Below, one piece after another: positions 27,729 through 34,632 of a DNA stretch of 34,632 bases (its first letter is position 1; each line of letters opens with the position of its first letter). A model generated the notes under the pieces. It had not been told where the DNA came from. It was given only the letters and a program-made list of their open reading frames with translations, and ran no database searches. The stretch spans positions 1-34,632 of the IMG/VR virus record IMGVR_UViG_3300020172_002577; one strand, written 5' to 3'. A program made the translations under genes and the position numbers. This DNA is from a virus (Duplodnaviria; Caudoviricetes).

Positions 27729-29408
27729 ATGGCAAGTATTATCAGGATCAAAAGATCCTCGGGTACTAACAAACCTTCTAGTCTAAATTGGGGTGAATTA
27801 GCATACGTAACAGGTATTGGAAGTTACGGCGGACTTAATCAATATAAAGATAGAGTTTATGTTGGTGATGATGGAAATAATGTAAATCCAGTAGGTGGAT
27901 ATTATTATACCTCCATGATGGAGCACCAACCAGGCAATATTGCCGGTGTTTCAAATACAAGAAATAGTGATGGTGGTATAGTCGCTGTTCTTGACAGCAA
28001 TAGAAAAGTAGATCAGTGGAACGTAGATAACTTACGTCTTGATGGTAATACTATTTTATCAACTAATACTGATGGTGATATTGTTTTAGATCCAAATGGA
28101 ACAGGTGAAGTTAATATTGTTGATGATAATTATCTAAGTTTTGGTAATGATAAAGATGTAAAACTTCGCTATGATGAAGCAACTGATAATAGATTTGAAA
28201 TTGAAGGCGCCGATTGGGCATTTGCTGATGGAGTAGCAATTAATATTGGTGATGTAACCGAATCCACCAATAAGGACAACGGTGCTCTTGTAGTTGAGGG
28301 TGGTGTTGGAATTGAAAAAAATCTTAATGTTGGTGGATCAATAACCATTAATGGAACATCAATATTTGACTCCGTTAAAATTGAAAATAATGTAATATCA
28401 ACATTACCTGGTAGTGGCGATACCCTATACATTGATCCATATCCTGATGGGTTAAGTGGTGATGGAACAGTTGTTATTAAAGGTAATCTTCACGTTGATG
28501 GAACAACTACTTCTGTAAATTCAACTGTTTTATCAATTAATGACCCAATAATTGTTATTGGTGACGTAACTAGCACTAGAACTGTTATGTCGCCAGTGGC
28601 ATCTGGCGTTTCGACAATTACCATTGATTCCGTAGTTGGTATCAATACCGGAGATATTATTCAGGGTAGTGCCTCATTACCCAATAGTGGTATAACAACT
28701 ATTACAGCATATAATAGTACCACAAAAATCATTACGATTCAAGGAACTACAACTGCTGGAATTACTACAACTACACAATTAACAATTACACACGCATTTG
28801 ATACTAATACTGATCGTGGTGTTGCTTTTGATTATAATACAGGTGTAGGCACAGCAAACAATAAGACTGGATTTTTTGGTTATATTGATGGTACAAATGT
28901 TGGTAGTGCTGCAACAGCAAGATCATGGACTTACATTCCAGACGCTACAATTACATCTCCTGGAAATGTAACTGGAACAAGAGGATATCTTGATGTTAAG
29001 GGTATTTACTACCAAACTGGTGATTTTAATACTCACGGTGTTGTATATTTTGATTCTGATGGACTACAAACTTCGACAAATAATCCAGCATCACCAGTAA
29101 TTACATCTAAGCAGGTATTAACTGCTATCACAAAAATTACATTATCATTACCATCTTCAATCTCAGTAACTGTTGGGGATATCATTAAACAAGATACTAG
29201 TAGTGCCTATGGTATCGTTGAAACTGGTGGAACACTATCTTCTATTAGTCTCATAGGTGTTGAAGGTACATTTACAAATACTGATAATATTCGGAAGGAA
29301 GGAAATAATGGATCGATCCAAAATCTTTCCATAGTACCCTCAACAGTTTCAACCATATATACTAATAAGCCACACTGGACATCAACTCTTGACGGGGGAA
29401 CTTTTTGA
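27729..29408 (+). CDS. Fibre-like virion structural protein (559 aa)
   Basis: N-terminal IIRIKRS...P..L.WGELAY, GALVVEGGVGIEKNLNVGG repeat, GNLHVDGTTTSVNST, Thr/Gly-rich, ends LDGGTF. Confidence 0.75.
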   Translation: MASIIRIKRSSGTNKPSSLNWGELAYVTGIGSYGGLNQYKDRVYVGDDGNNVNPVGGYYYTSMMEHQPGNIAGVSNTRNSDGGIVAVLDSNRKVDQWNVDNLRLDGNTILSTNTDGDIVLDPNGTGEVNIVDDNYLSFGNDKDVKLRYDEATDNRFEIEGADWAFADGVAINIGDVTESTNKDNGALVVEGGVGIEKNLNVGGSITINGTSIFDSVKIENNVISTLPGSGDTLYIDPYPDGLSGDGTVVIKGNLHVDGTTTSVNSTVLSINDPIIVIGDVTSTRTVMSPVASGVSTITIDSVVGINTGDIIQGSASLPNSGITTITAYNSTTKIITIQGTTTAGITTTTQLTITHAFDTNTDRGVAFDYNTGVGTANNKTGFFGYIDGTNVGSAATARSWTYIPDATITSPGNVTGTRGYLDVKGIYYQTGDFNTHGVVYFDSDGLQTSTNNPASPVITSKQVLTAITKITLSLPSSISVTVGDIIKQDTSSAYGIVETGGTLSSISLIGVEGTFTNTDNIRKEGNNGSIQNLSIVPSTVSTIYTNKPHWTSTLDGGTF

Positions 29409-29411
29409 TTT

Positions 29412-29624
29412 ATGACAAGAGATAGTGAAGTTGATATTAATGTTTTAGTGCGTTTATATAATCAAAAATTAGCAGCACTAACAAATCAAAATATATTGCT
29501 AGAAGCAAAGTTGCAAACATTATCAGATGATTTTGCCCAAGAAAAAAATGAACTTTTAGCAGCAAATCTTGAACTTCAAAATAAATATGATGAACTGAAA
29601 AAGTCCAAAAAATCTGAAGCGTAA
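29412..29624 (+). CDS. Small coiled-coil protein (70 aa), possible fibre chaperone
   Basis: Continuous heptad pattern; directly follows the fibre gene. Confidence 0.7.
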   Translation: MTRDSEVDINVLVRLYNQKLAALTNQNILLEAKLQTLSDDFAQEKNELLAANLELQNKYDELKKSKKSEA

Positions 29625-29629
29625 GGAAA

Positions 29630-30472
29630 ATGGCAAAACCAGCAAGTAGGCAAGAACTGATTGATTACTGTCTAAGGCGTCTAGGAGCGCCTGTGCTGGA
29701 AATTAACGTTGACGATGACCAAATAGACGATTTAGTTGACGATGCCCTTCAATACTTCAATGAGCGCCACTTTGATGGTGTTGAGAGAATGTATTTGAAG
29801 TATCAAATAACTCAGGCAGATATTGATAGAGGATCTGCAAAAGGAAAAAATGCTGTTGGAATTGTTACCACAACTGGAACATCCAATGTAACTGGATATG
29901 GTTCAACAACATTTAATTTCTATGAGACATCAAACTATATCCAAGTCCCAGATTCAATTATAGGTGTTGAAAAAATATTTAAGTTTGATACTAGTTCCAT
30001 TTCAGGTGGAATGTTTAGTATCAAATATCAACTATTTTTGAATGATTTATATTATTTTAACTCGGTGGAACTTTTGCAATATGCTATGGTAAAGAGTTAT
30101 CTTGAAGATATTGATTTTCTATTAACTACTGATAAGCAGGTTAGATTTAATAAGAGGCAGAACAGATTATATCTTGATATTGATTGGGGAGCCCAATCAG
30201 CTGGAAATTTTATGGTTTTGGATTGTTATAGAATTCTAGATCCAAATACTTTCACAAATGTCTATAATGACAGTTTTTTAAAGAGATATCTTACTGCATT
30301 AATTAAGAGACAATGGGGTCAAAATCTAATTAAGTTTAGAGGAGTTAAACTACCTGGTGGAATTGAATTTAATGGTAGGGAAATTTATGAAGATGCGGAA
30401 AGAGAATTGGATGAGATAAGTAAGAGAATGTCAATGGATTACGAACTTCCACCATACGACTTTATTGGATAA
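29630..30472 (+). CDS. gp13: Neck protein gp13
   Basis: SRQELIDYCLRRLGAPVLEINVDDDQ, YLTALIKRQWGQNL.KF.GVKLPGG and the C-terminal PP.D.IG. Confidence 0.95.
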   Translation: MAKPASRQELIDYCLRRLGAPVLEINVDDDQIDDLVDDALQYFNERHFDGVERMYLKYQITQADIDRGSAKGKNAVGIVTTTGTSNVTGYGSTTFNFYETSNYIQVPDSIIGVEKIFKFDTSSISGGMFSIKYQLFLNDLYYFNSVELLQYAMVKSYLEDIDFLLTTDKQVRFNKRQNRLYLDIDWGAQSAGNFMVLDCYRILDPNTFTNVYNDSFLKRYLTALIKRQWGQNLIKFRGVKLPGGIEFNGREIYEDAERELDEISKRMSMDYELPPYDFIG

Positions 30473-31899
30473 TGGCACTTAATCCATTTTTCTTACAAGG
30501 AACGTCATCCGAACAAAGACTAGTTCAGGATTTAATAAACGAACATCTTAGGATGTATGGTGTTGAAGTCGTTTATATACCAAGAAAGTTCGTAAATAAA
30601 AAAACAATTATAGAGGAAGTTCAATCTTCTAGGTTTGATGATAATTTTGCTATTGAAGCATATGTAAACTCATATGATGGATATTCTGGTGCTGGAGATA
30701 TTCTTACAAAGTTTGGAATGAGTCTTAGAGATGAACTATTAATTACAATATCAAAAGAAAGATTTGAAGACTTTATTGCTCCTTTTTTGGGAGCATTGGA
30801 TGATGGAAGTGGTGAAGGTGAAATTATTTTATCAACTAGACCAAGAGAAGGAGATTTGGTATATTTTCCTCTTGGACAAAGAATTTTTGAAGTTAAGTTT
30901 GTTGAGCACGAAAATCCTTTTTACCAATTAGGTAAGAACTATGTTTATGAATTGAAATGCGAACTATTTGAATATGAAGATGAAATTATTGATACATCTA
31001 TTGAAGAAATTGATACTCAAGTTCAAGAAGAAGGTTACATTACCACGTTACAATTAATTGGTATTGGTAGAACTGCTACTGCATCCGCCACAATTAATAC
31101 TGGATATGTTAGAGAAATTTTCCTTAACAATGATGGATACGCATACACTTCTAATCCAGTTGTTGCAATATCTAGTTCTCCAACTGGTCAAATTGGTGAC
31201 AATGCAACGGCAGTTGCGATAACTTCTGTTAGAAACGGGGTTAGGTCAGTTGAAAGAATTTATTTAACAAATGCTGGTGCCGGGTACAGCACTCCACCAA
31301 CCATAACAATTATTGGTGGTGGAGGAGCAGGTGCTGCTGCTACTTGTTCAATTGAAACCACATACAATGGAGTAATTAGATTTACTATTACTGACGGTGG
31401 AGTTGGGTATGGTACTGCCCCAACTGTTACAATCTCTGCACCAGGTCAAACAGGAATAGGACAAACTGCTGTTGGAATTTCTTCTATTGGATTGGTTGGA
31501 TCTGATATCGTAGTTCGTTCAGTATACGTTGCAAATCCAGGAATAGGATATACATCAAACCCAACTGTGGTGATTGCAAATCCAGAGACACTTACCGGTA
31601 TTGGAACTTACTTATTCAATGAAATTGTTAGAGGTTCAAGATCTCAGACAAGAGCAAGAGTTAAGAATTGGGATCAGGACACCAAAATTCTTAAAATTTC
31701 AAATGTTGGTATTGGAGAAACTCAATCCGCATTTTTACCAGGAGAAACAATTATTGGTACAGAGTCTGGGGCACTATATAGTGTTCAAAGATATGATCAA
31801 ATGGATACATACGATAAATATAGTCAAAATGATGAGATTGAAGCAGAAGCAGATCTCATTTTAGACTTTTCAGAATCAAATCCATTTGGTACTTATTAA
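30472..31899 (+). CDS. gp14: Neck protein gp14 with inserted Gly-rich repeat region
   Basis: MALNPFF, GVEVVYIPR, KFGM..RDE, RPREGDLVYFP, FEVKFVEHE.PFYQLG and the C-terminal DFSESNPFG. Confidence 0.93.
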   Translation: MALNPFFLQGTSSEQRLVQDLINEHLRMYGVEVVYIPRKFVNKKTIIEEVQSSRFDDNFAIEAYVNSYDGYSGAGDILTKFGMSLRDELLITISKERFEDFIAPFLGALDDGSGEGEIILSTRPREGDLVYFPLGQRIFEVKFVEHENPFYQLGKNYVYELKCELFEYEDEIIDTSIEEIDTQVQEEGYITTLQLIGIGRTATASATINTGYVREIFLNNDGYAYTSNPVVAISSSPTGQIGDNATAVAITSVRNGVRSVERIYLTNAGAGYSTPPTITIIGGGGAGAAATCSIETTYNGVIRFTITDGGVGYGTAPTVTISAPGQTGIGQTAVGISSIGLVGSDIVVRSVYVANPGIGYTSNPTVVIANPETLTGIGTYLFNEIVRGSRSQTRARVKNWDQDTKILKISNVGIGETQSAFLPGETIIGTESGALYSVQRYDQMDTYDKYSQNDEIEAEADLILDFSESNPFGTY

Positions 31900-32699
31900 T
31901 GTTAGGAACATATTATTATCACGAAATTATAAGAAAGACTATAATAGCTTTCGGAACATTATTTAATCAAATTCATATTCGCCATACTGATCAAGGTGGT
32001 AATAATATAAGTGATATGAGAGTTCCTATTGCATATGGACCAAGACAAAAATTCCTTGCAAGAATCCAACAGCAACCTGAATTAAATAAGGCAACTCAGA
32101 TTTCATTACCAAGAATGTCATTTGAGATGACTTCTATTCAATATGATCCAACTAGAAAGTCAAGTGTAGTTCAAACATTCAAGACTTGTGATGTTAATGG
32201 CAATGTAAAAAAAGTTTTTATGCCAGTTCCTTATAATATTGGATTTGAACTGAACATTCTAACTAAATTAAATGATGATGCTCTACAAATTATTGAGCAA
32301 ATTTTACCATATTTTCAACCAGGATTTAATGTTACCATAGATATGGTTGAATCTATCGGGGAAAAAAGAGATGTTCCAATGGTTCTGGAAAGTATAAATT
32401 TTCAGGATGATTATGAAGGAGACTTTTCAACAAGAAGAGCACTTATATACACTTTAACATTTACAGCAAAAACATATCTGTTTGGTCCTGTTGCCGATAG
32501 CACCGATGGTCTTATCCGCAAGATTCAGGTTGATATGTATACAAATACTGATGTTGAAAATGCTAAGAGAGAACTAAGATATACATTACGCCCAATTCCA
32601 CCAGATGCAAATCCAGATGATAATTTTGGATTTGATGAGACGTGGGAATTCTTCGATGATTCGAAAGAGTATAGTCCAACACGTAAAATAGATGTTTGA
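31899..32699 (+). CDS. gp15: Tail sheath stabiliser / tail completion protein gp15
   Basis: YYYHEIIRKTIIAFGTLFN, VPIAYGPRQKFLARI, LPRMSFE, QIIEQILPYFQP and DDYEGDF..RR. Confidence 0.95.
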   Translation: MLGTYYYHEIIRKTIIAFGTLFNQIHIRHTDQGGNNISDMRVPIAYGPRQKFLARIQQQPELNKATQISLPRMSFEMTSIQYDPTRKSSVVQTFKTCDVNGNVKKVFMPVPYNIGFELNILTKLNDDALQIIEQILPYFQPGFNVTIDMVESIGEKRDVPMVLESINFQDDYEGDFSTRRALIYTLTFTAKTYLFGPVADSTDGLIRKIQVDMYTNTDVENAKRELRYTLRPIPPDANPDDNFGFDETWEFFDDSKEYSPTRKIDV

Positions 32700-32705
32700 T
32701 AGATT

Positions 32706-33128
32706 ATGTCAGAAAATTATGATAGCATCGATAACGCTTTAAATATCAAAAGTGAAATCGTTAGCGTAGAAAAAGAAACTCCTATTGTCAAAGTAGAATC
32801 ATCAAATGATGGTGATATCAGAAAAGATTATGAATACACAAGAGCAAATCTATATTCTCTTATAGAAAAGGGGCAAGAGGCAATCAATGGAATAATGGAA
32901 CTTGCTGCGGAAAGTGATCAACCAAGAGCATATGAAGTTGCCGGTCAACTTATTAAAAGTGTTGGTGATGTAACTGATAAACTTATCGATTTGCAGAAGA
33001 AACTTAAAGATGTTGAAGAAGATGTTGTAAAAACAACAAGCAATGTCACGAATAATGCTGTGTTTGTAGGGTCAACTTCCGAGTTGTCTAAACTCCTGAA
33101 ACAAGGTTTTCTAAATAATAAAGAGTAA
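32706..33128 (+). CDS. gp16: Terminase small subunit gp16
   Basis: DYEYTRANLY.LIEKGQEAI, PRAYEVAGQLIK and NNAVFVGSTSEL. Confidence 0.95.
   Translation: MSENYDSIDNALNIKSEIVSVEKETPIVKVESSNDGDIRKDYEYTRANLYSLIEKGQEAINGIMELAAESDQPRAYEVAGQLIKSVGDVTDKLIDLQKKLKDVEEDVVKTTSNVTNNAVFVGSTSELSKLLKQGFLNNKE
33111..33117 (+). promoter_or_regulatory. T4-like late promoter (CTAAATA) inside the gp16 3' end
   Basis: TAAATA core 25 nt upstream of ATG 33143. Confidence 0.55.
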
Positions 33129-33142
33129 ACTTTTTCAGGTAT

Positions 33143-34632
33143 ATGAGTTGGTCTAAGGATTATAAAAAATCAATAGACTGTAAAAACCCAAATGGGTTTT
33201 CTCAAAAGGCACATTGTGCTGCCAGAAAGAAAAGACAAAGAGGCGAAGAGACTAAATCAATGTCACCATTTAACGAAGATGTGCAAAGTGTAAAGAAGAT
33301 TAAGTTCTCTAAATTTACACACAAAACTCCCCACCTAAAAGGTGGTCAGCACGTATTAGATCCAAATGTGGATTTGAAGCAATTAGTTCATCACGCAACT
33401 GTTCAGTATCTTGATCGTGATGCTGATGGTGACATTGATATCTATGATGCTGCCAGTAGAAAAACACCAGATGAGAATGTTATGAGTGCTCCTGGTGAGG
33501 CGCAAAAAAGATCTCTTAAACTGATTGCTAAACAAAAAGGAGAAATGCTGCACACAAAAAGAGGTTCAGCATTTGAAGGTGTTGAAATGAAATATTGCAA
33601 ACTTTGTAGAAAAACGGAGGCAAGAGACGATTGCTCTTATGGACCATCAATGTGGGATAGATATACTTCATCGGATCATATTCTTACCGATAATCAATTG
33701 AAATATAATATAAATCGTCCTCATCCAGCCAATGAATCGAAAGATCACGAGTATTCAATGGCTCGTTCAGAACTCTCCACCATTGTTAATGGTGCCAAGA
33801 GACTTCAGAAAAAAATGAAGAAAGGTGAAGGTGAGATTGAAGCTTGGGTTCAATCAAAAATCACAAAAGCAGCAGATTATATTGATTCCGCAGCAGATTA
33901 TGTTGATAGTGGTGAAATGAACAAAGAAGAGGTAGAGATATTAGAAGGAAAGAGAGATGGAAAATCAGCAAAAGATCCTGGATATTCTTTAAAGGATTGG
34001 TTCAAAGGTGGTGGATGGGTTCAGGCAGGTGGTAAGTATGATGGAAAACCTTGTGCAAAACAACCAGGTCAGACAACAAAACCATTTTGCCGTGATGCTG
34101 ATGATCGTGCATCAATGAGCAAAATGGAGAGAGTAAGAAGAGCAGCAAAGAAGCGCAGAGAAGATCCAAATCCGAATAGAAGTGGAAAGGCAAAATTTGT
34201 AAGTGCTTCCTATGAACCACAAGGACAGCAACTTGATGAATTGTGGGGTAAGGTTGCTCTTGCAGCAGGTGCAGCAGCATTACCATATTTTATGAGTAGA
34301 TTAAAACCTGCAGTTGATAAAGCGATCGATGCACCAGCAACTGGATCTGGAACTTTAGTTGATAAATTAAAGCAAAAAAGAGACGCTACTAATAAAGCAC
34401 TTCAAAAAAATTCATTTGAACCAGAAGGTGAACAGATTGATGAAAAGAAAGATGCTTGTTACAGTAAAGTTAAATCAAGATACAAAGTTTGGCCCAGTGC
34501 ATATGCGTCTGGTGCATTAGTTAAGTGTCGTAAGGTTGGTGCCGCAAACTGGGGAACTAAATCAGAAGGATTTTCTGATTGGAGAGCAGAACTTTCCGAA
34601 GATTGGCAGAAAGTTAATCGCCAAGATAAAAC
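33143..34632 (+). CDS. Large modular protein, 3'-truncated (>=496 aa); candidate prohead-protease-processed internal polyprotein (not in supplied track)
   Basis: Hand translation from ATG 33143 shows no stop before the window end (MSWSKDYKKSIDCKNPNGFSQKAHC...DWQKVNRQDK). Modules are separated by Glu-terminated linkers. Confidence 0.85.
   Translation, partial: MSWSKDYKKSIDCKNPNGFSQKAHCAARKKRQRGEETKSMSPFNEDVQSVKKIKFSKFTHKTPHLKGGQHVLDPNVDLKQLVHHATVQYLDRDADGDIDIYDAASRKTPDENVMSAPGEAQKRSLKLIAKQKGEMLHTKRGSAFEGVEMKYCKLCRKTEARDDCSYGPSMWDRYTSSDHILTDNQLKYNINRPHPANESKDHEYSMARSELSTIVNGAKRLQKKMKKGEGEIEAWVQSKITKAADYIDSAADYVDSGEMNKEEVEILEGKRDGKSAKDPGYSLKDWFKGGGWVQAGGKYDGKPCAKQPGQTTKPFCRDADDRASMSKMERVRRAAKKRREDPNPNRSGKAKFVSASYEPQGQQLDELWGKVALAAGAAALPYFMSRLKPAVDKAIDAPATGSGTLVDKLKQKRDATNKALQKNSFEPEGEQIDEKKDACYSKVKSRYKVWPSAYASGALVKCRKVGAANWGTKSEGFSDWRAELSEDWQKVNRQDK

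Noticed and set aside
3793-31864. Numerous 60-182 aa alternative-frame and antisense ORFs inside structural genes (e.g. 11674..12222, 22885..23238)
   Set aside because: Expected by-products of codon bias in long Gly/Thr/Ile-rich genes; no independent evidence of coding.
34002-34286. Minus-strand 94-aa ORF
   Set aside because: Antisense to the long open plus-strand frame starting at 33143.

Overview
This is a segment of a T4-like (Kyanoviridae-type) cyanomyovirus genome, and every credible gene lies on the + strand. It opens with the GC-rich end of a small-gene/early region (1-~410). That stretch holds one short ORF bracketed by convergent extended -10 motifs, followed by a structured non-coding segment where composition flips abruptly to AT-rich. 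Next comes an accessory cluster: an AbrB-like protein, two small paralogues flanking a GT-A glycosyltransferase-like gene, a basic 51-aa peptide, an ATP-grasp-like protein, speD and a hypothetical protein with a structured leader. The late structural operon follows: gp25, gp6, a 4111-aa gp7, gp8, a 2522-aa VrlC-like virion protein, small genes including a candidate divergent NblA, a fibre module, gp13, gp14, gp15 and gp16. The most interesting element is missing from the supplied ORF track: a long ORF from 33143 running off the window end. It reads as a string of small unrelated modules separated by Glu-ending linkers matching the T4 gp21 protease consensus, suggesting a capsid-packaged, protease-processed polyprotein. 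Family assignments come from motif recognition and gene order only; no database searches were run. I saw no tRNA, rRNA, CRISPR array, transposase or reverse transcriptase.
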